From contig BK006945.2 of NCBI GenBank assembly GCA_000146045.2, positions 768,001-832,000 of the forward strand: 64,000 bases of DNA, given 5' to 3'. The first letter of the stretch is position 1. Each line of letters begins with the position of its first letter. Of the stretch, positions 1-11,214 are shown piece after piece. Position numbers and translations under genes: made by a program. The stretch is from TPA_inf: Saccharomyces (lineage: Eukaryota). Below the pieces are notes generated by a model. The model did no database searches. It saw only the letters and a program-made list of their open reading frames with translations, and was not told the origin of the DNA.

Positions 1-1196
1 ACAAAAGGCCGACTAGTTTTACTAAAATATATTCTCCAACGCAAATAGCTGACCGTATCAAAGAATTTAAGCAGAGACTTTTAAAGAAATTTAATAATGT
101 CTTACCAGAGCTTTATTTCATGAAATTTGATGTCAAATCTTGCTATGATTCCATACCAAGGATGGAATGTATGAGGATACTCAAGGATGCGCTAAAAAAT
201 GAAAATGGGTTTTTCGTTAGATCTCAATATTTCTTCAATACCAATACAGGTGTATTGAAGTTATTTAATGTTGTTAACGCTAGCAGAGTACCAAAACCTT
301 ATGAGCTATACATAGATAATGTGAGGACGGTTCATTTATCAAATCAGGATGTTATAAACGTTGTAGAGATGGAAATATTTAAAACAGCTTTGTGGGTTGA
401 AGATAAGTGCTACATTAGAGAAGATGGTCTTTTTCAGGGCTCTAGTTTATCTGCTCCGATCGTTGATTTGGTGTATGACGATCTTCTGGAGTTTTATAGC
501 GAGTTTAAAGCCAGTCCTAGCCAGGACACATTAATTTTAAAACTGGCTGACGATTTCCTTATAATATCAACAGACCAACAGCAAGTGATCAATATCAAAA
601 AGCTTGCCATGGGCGGATTTCAAAAATATAATGCGAAAGCCAATAGAGACAAAATTTTAGCCGTAAGCTCCCAATCAGATGATGATACGGTTATTCAATT
701 TTGTGCAATGCACATATTTGTTAAAGAATTGGAAGTTTGGAAACATTCAAGCACAATGAATAATTTCCATATCCGTTCGAAATCTAGTAAAGGGATATTT
801 CGAAGTTTAATAGCGCTGTTTAACACTAGAATCTCTTATAAAACAATTGACACAAATTTAAATTCAACAAACACCGTTCTCATGCAAATTGATCATGTTG
901 TAAAGAACATTTCGGAATGTTATAAATCTGCTTTTAAGGATCTATCAATTAATGTTACGCAAAATATGCAATTTCATTCGTTCTTACAACGCATCATTGA
1001 AATGACAGTCAGCGGTTGTCCAATTACGAAATGTGATCCTTTAATCGAGTATGAGGTACGATTCACCATATTGAATGGATTTTTGGAAAGCCTATCTTCA
1101 AACACATCAAAATTTAAAGATAATATCATTCTTTTGAGAAAGGAAATTCAACACTTGCAAGCATATATATATATATATATACATATAGTTAATTAG
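1..1196 (+). CDS. EST2: Telomerase reverse transcriptase catalytic subunit, 3' portion (5' end lies outside the window)
   Basis: Reading frame is open from window position 3 into the listed ORF 120..1196. Translation contains the RT motif 'LYFMKFDVKSCYDSIP' and the C-terminus '...QAYIYIYIHIVN' that I recall for yeast Est2. The genomic neighbourhood (BUD6 next) fits YLR318W. Confidence 0.9.
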   Translation, partial: KRPTSFTKIYSPTQIADRIKEFKQRLLKKFNNVLPELYFMKFDVKSCYDSIPRMECMRILKDALKNENGFFVRSQYFFNTNTGVLKLFNVVNASRVPKPYELYIDNVRTVHLSNQDVINVVEMEIFKTALWVEDKCYIREDGLFQGSSLSAPIVDLVYDDLLEFYSEFKASPSQDTLILKLADDFLIISTDQQQVINIKKLAMGGFQKYNAKANRDKILAVSSQSDDDTVIQFCAMHIFVKELEVWKHSSTMNNFHIRSKSSKGIFRSLIALFNTRISYKTIDTNLNSTNTVLMQIDHVVKNISECYKSAFKDLSINVTQNMQFHSFLQRIIEMTVSGCPITKCDPLIEYEVRFTILNGFLESLSSNTSKFKDNIILLRKEIQHLQAYIYIYIHIVN

Positions 1197-1317
1197 TACT
1201 AATAATACATGAAATACTGACAGCTTATGATGCTGATAAGGAAAATATTGCCGCAAACTTTGTAATAAGCCAAAAGCACTAATCTCTTTTCCGTTAGCTT
1301 TCATAAAATTAGTGTAT

Positions 1318-3684
1318 TTAAGTAAACCCCGGCCCAAAATATGCTCTCAAATTTGCTTCATCCTTCTGCTTTCTTATCCTTTCTACTTCTTCAAAGCCTC
1401 CCGATTTTTTCAGGTTTGAATTACCCACAAAATTTTCCAGTTCATCATCAAATTCATTACTAGCTTTAAGTTTTCTTTCCATCTCCCACATCTTCTCAGC
1501 CTTGTCAATAGCTTCGACCCTACTATCGTGGTCAGGGTTTAAAGATTGGACGGCCACCATAACTTGCTCCCTTACCTGATTAAATGTGCCCGGTCTCATA
1601 ATAGGCAAAATAGGATTACTTTTTGATCTCGAAGGGTTTTTTTCTTGTTCTTCACAACATAACTTAATAAGATCGAAAGTTTCTAATGCCTTACCCAAGT
1701 CTTCCTTCAAATCTAAAATCAACTCTTCCTGCAACGTGAGAAACTGTTGTTCTTCACAGACCTTATCGAGCTCAGCTTCCCAAGTTTTTTTCCAATGTGG
1801 TTTTTCAGTATCAATAAACTCCTGTAGTTTAAGTACATCTGCTTGGGCATTTTCTAAATCCTTGGATACGGTTTCTAGCTTCTTTTTAGCGGGCTGAGAC
1901 CTACGCTCAGCAACGTCTTTCCTCATAATTTCGATTACATCTTGCAAATCATCTACTTTACTTAGCAGAGTATCGGATAAATCACCGAGTTCGGTCTGTG
2001 ATTTTTCCATGTACATTCTGTTGGAAGAGTTTTTGGCAGAAAATGATAAAGACTTAAAGTTATCGACCTTTCGTAAAATGTTGAAAATAGTCTCATTAAT
2101 ATTTGACCTATTAATATTATGCACTTGTTTTATTTTCCCCAATTCGTACTGAATATCTTTGATCGTTTTATCATCATCTTTTTTGTTTTGCCCCACAAGA
2201 TCGTGTTTGTTAGCTTCAAGGCCAGGTTGTGGTAAAACTTCCGTTTGCTTGCCGCTAATTGCAGAACCAAAACTCATTTCTTTTAAATGTCTTATTATAT
2301 CATTCTGACTATTCGATATCTCCATCTTAACTGTGTCAATGAATTCCTTGATCGTATTATTTGGATTCTCTTCGAGCTTTAGCTCGATAACAAACCCTTC
2401 TTTAATATCGAGAAGATTTAGTTCCTCTAATTCATAGAATACTCCATATTGAGGATCCATAATATATATGTCTGGGAAGGAATTTGCTCCAGGAGAATAC
2501 GCAAAGCGCTCAATAAATAGGAGCCTTAATGCGTTTTTTGTAGTAGGCAGTTGCACATGACACTTCTTTGTTTTGTCTCCTATCCTTAAAAATACTGGAC
2601 AAGTTCCATTCATGGCTTTATCTGGCGAAGTTGTAACAACGCTTGATAATCTTCGTGGAGATGCACGAACATTCTCAATAGGCAATGGCGTTTTCGCCAA
2701 TGGACTCGCCTTTGATACATCGTCAATGCTTTTACCCTTATTTTCAGCTGAATTAATGTTTCTATCATCATCATTGTTGTTATTTCCGTATAACTTTGAC
2801 TTTCTTACGGTTTCCTCTAGATGCAACATCGAGGGTGAAGGAGTTGTCATGAGGCCGGCAGCCGCAGCAGCTTCTGTTGTAGACTGATTTGTCAATTTAG
2901 CCATATGGTAGGCAGAGTATCTCTTTGAGGCTCTCCTTTGTAAATTAGTTCCCTTCTTCAATTGTGAAAGTGCATCATCATCATCAGATGCGTTTGGAGC
3001 ATTGTTAGATTTAAGGTTTTGTTTAATATTAGTTCTTGGTTTTGTCAATGTTGCCTCTGCTGACTGAGCAGAGGGTGTTCCCGTAGAAGTAGAATTCACT
3101 TTTTCCCCATAGCTGTTTTCGACTGAATCGCTTTGCCTCTGATCACGTACAATACTGCTTTTTCTGCTACTTAATGGAGTCCCCTCACGGGTCCCTTCAC
3201 TACCCAATGAAAGGTTACTAGTAAAGGAAGGGTTTTGTTGATGATGTGATTTTACACTTATCCGATGCTCTTGCTGCATATTCTTCAAAATTGCTTGTTT
3301 AACCTTTAGTTTGTCTAAAAGTGTCACTATAATCTCTCTGATTTTTGGCAGATGTTTATTTAAAGTTTCATCAGATGGTGGTTCCCTCAATGTCACTTCC
3401 AATACACGTCTTAAAGCCATTGGCACATCACCAACATCTGACATGTCAACTTTCGCATGCATGAAGAATTTCGATACGACTTTGAAGTCATTGCCCAACT
3501 GAACGTATGCATCAGATACTAATCTTCCAGAGGTTGTCCCCTTAGACCATTGTGTTAAGACCTGGAGGAGGTGCTTGGTGGACATCAGCAACTTTGTTAC
3601 TGTCGTTTCAATACTACTACTGCTAGAAGCAGTTCTTTTAATCTTTGGGGTGCCATACGTAGGGTCATCCACGGCCATCTTCAT
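1318..3684 (-). CDS. BUD6: Actin-interacting polarity protein Bud6/Aip3 (788 aa)
   Basis: 788-aa ORF. Length and Ser/Asn-rich N-terminus plus coiled-coil C-terminus match Bud6 (YLR319C). Its position between EST2 and MMS22 fits. Confidence 0.93.
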
Positions 3685-3939
3685 CTAATTTTAAAATAAT
3701 ACGAGGATTACTACACCAATTTGGCAGCCAGCTTCTACTCTTTTTCCCTTTTCTTGGGTTTGTTTTGATGCCATTATCTCAAGAATGCATAATAGTAGGA
3801 TAAAATTCGTTCAGCTCGGCTAGCGAGATATCTTCAAAGAGTAAAGCGCATCTGCGTGTAAAATTAAATTCAAGAAGTGAAAGAATAAAAGATAGGATTG
3901 TAGATTTGAAGTTTAGTGGTAGCGTCAGCAGATAAGCTT

Positions 3940-6900
3940 ATGGATGTTGATGAACCGAATCCTATTGTGATATCAGATTCTGAGGCCACTGATGAGGAAA
4001 TTAGTATCATATACGAACCCGAATTCAATGAAAATTATTTATGGGCAGAGGAAAACGTCCAAGAAGCAAGCAGATCACAGAAAATTGTCACTGAGAGGTT
4101 GAGCCTGGATTCCACTGCTGGAGAATCTTGTACTCCTTCCGTAGTAACTGATACACAAGTTACTACGGGGCTTCGGTGGTCTTTGAGGAAGAGGAAGGCT
4201 ATTCAAAAGATGCCATACAGTTTAGAACGCATAAAGCATAGGCAGTTGCTAGAGGGCTATGATATCTCTAGTTTTGACAGCATTTCGAATCAGTTGACCT
4301 TACCGAAGAACGCTTCTACAGTGATTCACTCAAATGATATTTTACTTACAAAGAGAACTGGTAAACCCTTAGATGAGCAGAAAGATGTTACAATCGACTC
4401 CATTAAACCCGAAAACAGCTCGGTTCAATCTCAAAGATATGATAGTGATGAAGAAATACCAAAGAAAAGGCATCGTACTTTTAAAGACCTCGACCAGGAT
4501 ATAGTATTTCAATCAGGTGATTCTACGGAAGATGAACAAGACTTGGCTAGTACAAATTTACAGAATACTCAAAATGACGAAGTAATATTTAGAGGAAGAG
4601 TATTGAATGTAAGAACTGGTTACCGTGGGGTCCTGCCAAGAGTTGCTTGGGAAAAGTCGTTGCAAAAGCAGCAGTCTTCAAAAGTCACGAAAAGAAAAAC
4701 TCAATTATTGAACCATAAGGGTGTGGCTAAGAGGAAAATGAACAGAAGCGCCCATATTGAAGATGAAGAACAGAACTTATTGAACGATCTTATTGCACCT
4801 GATGACGAACTGGATATCGAGGAAAACGCCCCTCCAGATATATACTTAGGAAATCTTCCAGAGGATCGTGAGGCTAACGAAAAGGAATTAAAGGAATTGC
4901 AAGAATATTATGAGAGCAAGTATAGTGAAGACGCACAATCGGCTGGAACTTCTGGTTTTAATTTAAATGAGGAATACCGCAATGAACCAGTGTATGAGCT
5001 GGAATATGACGGACCGGGGAGCTGCATATCACATGTGTCTTATAAAGACCAGCCTATTATTTATTTGAATTCACGGCATTCAGATAGCGGATTTAGTGAG
5101 CAATACAATATATCTGCCGAAGATAATCAAAGTGTAATTTCCCTAGATGCTGCTGAAGAGCATAACGATGGTATAATTGACAAGATGTTGGTTAAACCTA
5201 AAAGAATTAAAGCAACCAATGATGCCAACTTTTTGAATACAAAAAGTAAGAGAGTGAGAAGATATAAGTACAAATATCGAAATTCTTGTCTGGCCCCAAG
5301 TACAAAAGCTATCAAAGTCGGAAAACGGTCAGCGCATAAATCTCATTTGGCAGCTAATAATCCAGTTTCATTTGTTTCTAAGAAGAATCATGTAATTGAT
5401 GATTATTTTTTTGAAGAATTAGAATCTCAATCCCTAGAACAGGATGACAGCTCTTCTCTCAAGCCACAGAAAAAAAGAAGGAAGAAGAAAGCACCTATAT
5501 ACTCAAGTTTCTCCGCTGATCTTGAATCGAGACGAAAACCAGTTTTCAATACTGTTGTAGAGGTTCCCACGAACCGATACGCTTTCACAAAGCCAAATGT
5601 ACGTAATAGGGACAGCATTAATCATGACATGGAATTTGAGGAAGAAGACTCCAATCAAGAGCTTGGACCAATAATGGTCGTACTTGACTCAATTTTACTA
5701 AAAAAACCTTTTGAGCCACCTAATTTCTTCAAGATCCAGTTGTCAGACAAGAGTTTCTTGCTATCAAAATTGAATCCTGCAGATATAGCTACATCATTAC
5801 AGAAAATATTCAGAGTAATCATTGATAAAGGTATCACTGATACTGAACTAGTTCACTTTAACGAAAGCCTTATTGCTTTTTTGGTGCACCTTGACATGCC
5901 TGAACTATTCGACTTAATAGGTGAATTTCATCGTGAATTTAGATCGAAGGTCAATAGCTTGAGGAAAAAAGCTAAACCAATCCATTTTTTTCAAATTGCG
6001 GCATGCCAATTAATGTTTCTAGAAATATCAAGATATAACAAAATTTCAGCCGCTGCAAAATTCGACATGGATGTCAAACTCTTAGATCATATTGTGTCTT
6101 TCTTCAAATTACTTTCTGTCTGTTATGATTCTGTTATGAAAAATCCAATGCAATATCTGTACACAAGTTATTATATTCTCTCTGCTGTCGTTGATGTCAT
6201 ACATAAAAAGGAAGCTTTGTGGGATTTATTTCAAAAGCACCCCTTTTCGCCTCATATTTCACTGTTGCTGGTCAACATATTTCCTACGAAAGTCTGCCGC
6301 TGGCAGGTTTTGAGATTAGATTCTGAATTCCAACCCTTGAGTTCGGCATTTCGGTTCATCAATTATTGCATTGAGACTTGTAATTGGAATGTTACAAATT
6401 CTTTGATTCTTTCTCTCGATCGCATATTCAAACGGAGAAGATTTTCGGACTTTGAAGAAGAGTCTGATTTGTCACAAAACAATAAGATAATTTATCCTCC
6501 AACGAATCAGCTTACGAGTCGATTAATGTTTAACAGATATTTGCATCTACTGACGTTGTGTGAATTGTCTAGTTCTGATACACAACGTGTGATACCGATG
6601 GGTGATATTTCTATGAATGATTCTCTATCTGTTTTGAAGAACCGCCTCAACCTACTAATTGTTCTAGCTACACGTTTTGATTTAAACTTAGAGAAGCGCT
6701 TCCAAGAGCTAACACGACCGTTATATAGTAAGGAATATTTAAACTTGCATACACAGAACACAGTCAGGACGATAACAACATTGATCATGCAGGCCAGCCT
6801 TTCATTCCTGGAAATCAGTCGAATCAAAAATCATCCATTCAGTGGAAAATTTATTGCGTCATTATTTGATAAACTAGTACTTCAACAACCTTCCATATCG

Positions 6901-8304
6901 GGAGTAACAGAAAATTTTTTGAAAGAATTCACAAATTTAGTCTCCAAAATGAAAAGAAAAAGCGTGAGTATGCTCAAATTTCTGTATCCTTCACTGGTGG
7001 CCATGTCTCAAGAAAATATATTCGAGTCGTCTTTTTTTTTATTATTACAGGTATATTTGAAGAGCTTAGATGTGCTGGGTCCAACTTGGGTGCAAAATTA
7101 TCTTTTTCAGTTTATAAAGAGCAAGGCTCAAGAAAATGAAAGATGGATAGAATGCTATTGTCAGATCGGAAAATTCCTCGTAGATTCTGGTATATTTACC
7201 TGGTGGACTTTCTTTACCTATAACGGCTTAGATGCTGCATTACACTTTCAGCTTGCATTTCACTCCCTTATTATCGATTTCTGTGATACAGACTCTTTTG
7301 AATTACTGAAAAAACCGCTTTATTCCATTGCTTCTGATTTGCTGCTCATTTCCAAAGATGACGCTTTCTATCACTTTCTTTCCAATCTGTTGAAGAGGGC
7401 ACATATCATAGTAGCAGATTTGAAACCTGTTTCCGATGAGAATGAACTCCTGCGATTGGCTTATATTTTTTCTAAAGCATTGAAAAAAAATGCATATCAA
7501 GATCTATTAGCTGTTTTCTTATCCCTGGCGAAAAAACATTACGATGAAGGGGACATCAGTAGAAATTTCTTGGCAAAATATCTCGAATTTCTTAACAAAA
7601 ATTGCTTGACTGAGCTAAGAAATAATCAACTCTTCATCAGTCTAAGAAGGGAACTTGGTATTTCAAGTGATGAAGACGAAAAATGTGCGTTCTGGGACTC
7701 ATTCAATGAAGCAGGTGATATACTTTCCAAAGCTGCATTTGTTGAAACCGGTATTGTTCAAGCCTGTTGCACTGGGAATGAAATTGATGGATATCTTGAC
7801 AATTTAAGCACTTTATTCACCTCCACCATGTTAGAGAGCCCTTTTGCATTTTTTTCTGACCTGGTGATAGCACACATATTTGAGAACAGACCTTTTTTCG
7901 ACGTGAATATCAAGAATTTTCTTCTATCTCACTTCATAGACCTTTTCAACAAGGTTTTAAAAATGAAATTCGAGCAGGTATCTCCTGATGAATTTGCTGA
8001 ACTTTGCAAAGTATACAGGGCGTTATGTATTGAGTGCGCAACAGACGACACCTTTAATAGTAATAGTGATTTGATCGCCGCAAAAGATGCGTTTTTGGTA
8101 TCTGTGTTGAGAATCGCAGATGGGTTTTGGGAGCATGACAAACTTTTGCAGCTAAGGATGCTTGATAGTAATATGAACATACCTAATCAGATTCCTCATA
8201 CTACTTTGCAAAGTTCGCTATCTGCGATTGTAATAAAGATAATAGAAAGTAATATAGGAAAAATTGAGGCGTCTGAACCTTTCAAAACCTTCAAGAATAC
8301 GTAA
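3940..8304 (+). CDS. MMS22: Mms22, replication-stress / Rtt101 cullin adaptor (1454 aa)
   Basis: The 1462-aa ORF starts at 3916. An internal ATG at 3940 (MDVDEPNPIV...) gives exactly 1454 aa, the annotated Mms22 length. The 8 upstream codons are treated as 5' leader. Confidence 0.9.
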   Translation: MDVDEPNPIVISDSEATDEEISIIYEPEFNENYLWAEENVQEASRSQKIVTERLSLDSTAGESCTPSVVTDTQVTTGLRWSLRKRKAIQKMPYSLERIKHRQLLEGYDISSFDSISNQLTLPKNASTVIHSNDILLTKRTGKPLDEQKDVTIDSIKPENSSVQSQRYDSDEEIPKKRHRTFKDLDQDIVFQSGDSTEDEQDLASTNLQNTQNDEVIFRGRVLNVRTGYRGVLPRVAWEKSLQKQQSSKVTKRKTQLLNHKGVAKRKMNRSAHIEDEEQNLLNDLIAPDDELDIEENAPPDIYLGNLPEDREANEKELKELQEYYESKYSEDAQSAGTSGFNLNEEYRNEPVYELEYDGPGSCISHVSYKDQPIIYLNSRHSDSGFSEQYNISAEDNQSVISLDAAEEHNDGIIDKMLVKPKRIKATNDANFLNTKSKRVRRYKYKYRNSCLAPSTKAIKVGKRSAHKSHLAANNPVSFVSKKNHVIDDYFFEELESQSLEQDDSSSLKPQKKRRKKKAPIYSSFSADLESRRKPVFNTVVEVPTNRYAFTKPNVRNRDSINHDMEFEEEDSNQELGPIMVVLDSILLKKPFEPPNFFKIQLSDKSFLLSKLNPADIATSLQKIFRVIIDKGITDTELVHFNESLIAFLVHLDMPELFDLIGEFHREFRSKVNSLRKKAKPIHFFQIAACQLMFLEISRYNKISAAAKFDMDVKLLDHIVSFFKLLSVCYDSVMKNPMQYLYTSYYILSAVVDVIHKKEALWDLFQKHPFSPHISLLLVNIFPTKVCRWQVLRLDSEFQPLSSAFRFINYCIETCNWNVTNSLILSLDRIFKRRRFSDFEEESDLSQNNKIIYPPTNQLTSRLMFNRYLHLLTLCELSSSDTQRVIPMGDISMNDSLSVLKNRLNLLIVLATRFDLNLEKRFQELTRPLYSKEYLNLHTQNTVRTITTLIMQASLSFLEISRIKNHPFSGKFIASLFDKLVLQQPSISGVTENFLKEFTNLVSKMKRKSVSMLKFLYPSLVAMSQENIFESSFFLLLQVYLKSLDVLGPTWVQNYLFQFIKSKAQENERWIECYCQIGKFLVDSGIFTWWTFFTYNGLDAALHFQLAFHSLIIDFCDTDSFELLKKPLYSIASDLLLISKDDAFYHFLSNLLKRAHIIVADLKPVSDENELLRLAYIFSKALKKNAYQDLLAVFLSLAKKHYDEGDISRNFLAKYLEFLNKNCLTELRNNQLFISLRRELGISSDEDEKCAFWDSFNEAGDILSKAAFVETGIVQACCTGNEIDGYLDNLSTLFTSTMLESPFAFFSDLVIAHIFENRPFFDVNIKNFLLSHFIDLFNKVLKMKFEQVSPDEFAELCKVYRALCIECATDDTFNSNSDLIAAKDAFLVSVLRIADGFWEHDKLLQLRMLDSNMNIPNQIPHTTLQSSLSAIVIKIIESNIGKIEASEPFKTFKNT

Positions 8305-8583
8305 ATTATACACATGTAATATAAGCATATTTAAAAATTCTCCGTAATATATGTCATATATGTCAAATTGCGAATTAGTCCAAATAGAAACAAGATCTAT
8401 CAGTGTTGGTGATAAACATTTTGTATTCTTTTGGTAACGTGTATCTCAAAGAAGTGCATGACTTTTTTTACGTTCTCTTTAGTCTTGATTTAGTTGCTTC
8501 TGCGTTTGTTAAATTTTTTGTCCTTCCCGTTTGATTAATAATACTTATAATAATACAATTCTGTAACAAGAAAAGCAAAGTTA

Positions 8584-9864
8584 CTACATTCTCATTGTGG
8601 TTTCTAAGTCATCTAATCTTCTCCTGCCCCTTCTAGATAATCTATCAGTTTCTCTTTTCAATCTTCTTAAGTTTCTTTCTTTTTCAATTTCTCTCTTTTG
8701 TATTTCTTCTTTTGTTAATATTTCCACCCTTGGGCACCAATTGGAGCCCAGTTCATCAATATCCAGCCTTATACCAGATAAGTACCCAAATGCGGCATCG
8801 TTTGGGACATGGTCCTGAATCAAGTGGCCATCTACCCAGTCCTTCTTTATCTTCAAGATAGTTTCATGAAGCGATTGAGATATTAAGGGGATGAACTCTC
8901 TTGTTAAGCCAAGGTCCTGTACAATGGATGTAGCAAATCTTTCTGGAGTAAGTGATTTGTCGTTCAAGTTCCACTGGAAGTTATCTTCAAAAAATCTGTC
9001 TTGTAAGTTGCAGGTTAGGTTGATTATCACGTGGAGGTCAGACATTATCTCAGTGGCTGCAATATTTTCGAGGTCTTTCAACTGCTCTTTTATTATATTC
9101 GCAATTTGAGTTTGTAAGGTAGCGGAAGTCATATCAAGATCTTTACAGTATATAGAGGCAAATTCCTCCGGAGATATGGAGTCGTCATTGTAGTTCCAGA
9201 GAAACTGGTCTTTTATGGTATGACCCATATGTTCTATATCCAAAGTAATTGGTATCATGATTGCCTCTCCAGAATTGGCGTTTGCCTTCGTTTCTTGATC
9301 AGTGTTGAGTCTATATGGAGACACCACTTTTCCGTTAATGAAAGTATCTCTTATTTTAGGGTATCTCAATATGTTGAAGGGGTTGTGGTGTTGGTCTTGC
9401 AGATCCGGTAGAACGGCGTTTCCAATATCCTGTGCCTGCGCTTTGTTGCTCGGACCATTGCTGGCGTTGTTATTGCTATTCAAACCGGATAAAGATTCCA
9501 CAACCATGTTTGAACCCGCATCGTATTTGTTGTTAGAGATAATACTATCAGCTCCATTCATGTTCTCTAGGACATTGTATTCGGAACCGTCCATGGTAAC
9601 ACCATTTGTAAGTGCCGGAGTATTTTCATGAGACACTGCATTATCTTTATAGTGTGTATCAGCATTGTTGAAATTAGAACCGTTCATATTGAATTCATCA
9701 AAGAGATCGTTGTCATATTCCGCATAGTTGACCACTTTAGCCCTTTTATGCTGCCTTGTTTGTTGAGCCATTGTAAAGATGGGGATACCATCATCTTCGT
9801 TTGTCAATCTGTTATGAAAGTTAGAAATATAAGCTTGTGGAATAAGCTGGTTTTGGTGCGACAT
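8584..9864 (-). CDS. SFH1: RSC chromatin remodeller subunit, Snf5 homologue (426 aa)
   Basis: 426-aa ORF with the SNF5 repeat region. Length and neighbourhood match YLR321C. The + strand ORFs inside it correspond to the dubious VPS65/YLR322W. Confidence 0.92.
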
Positions 9865-10172
9865 TGTGTGCTGCTATGTGCCTTTCTTCTTTCTTTTTTC
9901 AATGTACTTCATTCAATAATCTCTATTTGTCGTATTTTCTAAGTTTTTTTTTTTTGTCAAAGTAGTCGCGGCGACTTTAAATGAGCAGATCATCATTTAG
10001 TAGACAAAAAGACACGGGACATCTTCTATCTATATAGTTTACATACTTTATTATGTGAAAGAGTCTTTCGAAATTGCAACAATGCTCGATAAATCTATGG
10101 GTCATGTGCTCTATAATTCCTGTACATTAGCATCGGGTGCGTGTAATTTTTGGGGTGATATGGCATTCTCCA

Positions 10173-10952
10173 TCAACTTTTCCTTTTATTTAGCATCTTC
10201 TGTAAGTCAGATGCTACTTTTGCACTGCCGTGGGTCTCCTTGTGGCATATAAAGCATTTGGTGCCCTTTTTCATATCTTTGGCAAAACACGATCCACAAA
10301 AATAATGGCCACAGTTTGTGACCACTGGAGACTTGTAATCTTCCTTACAAAGAGTGCACTTGAACGGTATCTTTTCCAAGTCTAGAGTAACCGCTTTGGA
10401 GTCCTCTTTATCCGCATTCCATTCTTGGTTCAGCTTCCAGCCAGTCTTGAAATCATCCCTCGAGTGTAAGAACTTGCAGCTATCTCCGTAACCACAGTAT
10501 CCCGTCTGTTTGTAATCTTTGCAAACGTCGGGCTGAAAATCCATCAGCACCGTGGTCCGGATATTCGTTGGTTGGTTAATCTGTTTAGTGAGGCGTTTAT
10601 TTTTACCGCTCATGTTCAGTACCAGCTCATTGTCATCACTAGGTCGCCTCTTCTTTGCCTTCTCAGCCAGCTCTTTTCTCTCAAAGTTTAGAAGATCTTC
10701 TTTAGTGCTGTCGTCGTTGACCGTTAAAGTGTATTTATCTAAATCCTCACCCTTTTTCTGTAGTTTACCTTCATTCTCATGTGAAAGTTGAAGTGTCCTG
10801 CTATTTCCACTCTTGGCTAAGCTCATGAGGTCACTGGAACCCTTTTCTTCATCGCTGGCCACTAGTTTCTCTTCGCTAAAATTAATTTTCTGCCTCTTTT
10901 TCTGGTTCTTTTCATCAGAAGAGCTTTTGTTCACTAATCTCTTTCTGAACAT
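10173..10952 (-). CDS. CWC24: Splicing factor Cwc24 (CCCH zinc finger + RING, 259 aa)
   Basis: 259 aa. Contains a CCCH-type finger (CKDYKQTGYCGYGDSCKFLH) followed by a RING (CTLCKEDY...CGHYFCGSC). Confidence 0.92.
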   Translation of the reverse strand: MFRKRLVNKSSSDEKNQKKRQKINFSEEKLVASDEEKGSSDLMSLAKSGNSRTLQLSHENEGKLQKKGEDLDKYTLTVNDDSTKEDLLNFERKELAEKAKKRRPSDDNELVLNMSGKNKRLTKQINQPTNIRTTVLMDFQPDVCKDYKQTGYCGYGDSCKFLHSRDDFKTGWKLNQEWNADKEDSKAVTLDLEKIPFKCTLCKEDYKSPVVTNCGHYFCGSCFAKDMKKGTKCFICHKETHGSAKVASDLQKMLNKRKS

Positions 10953-11214
10953 GAATACCTGGAGCTTTGATTAAGTGATGGAGCTTTCGATGGCTTTAGC
11001 TTGAGTCCACTTCAGATAGAGATGCGCATGGCTTTTTCTTATTATTCTCCGGTTGCACGGAAAGAAGCGGGAAGAGGACTAAAGGGTTTTTGGATCAGCT
11101 TCACAAAATATATACTTGGATACGTTCGCTACTGAGGTAAAGTGGGCATGCAAGGTTGCAATTTAGGATTCGAGCTGTCTAGTTGATCCTCCGGAGTGTA
11201 AAAACTGATTTTCA

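Noticed and set aside
8597-9942. Several 60-110 aa + strand ORFs inside or adjacent to SFH1, some extending just past its ATG (VPS65/YLR322W region)
   Set aside because: They are entirely antisense to the well-supported SFH1 ORF. Hydrophobic composition is typical of antisense artefacts, and I recall VPS65 being classed as dubious.
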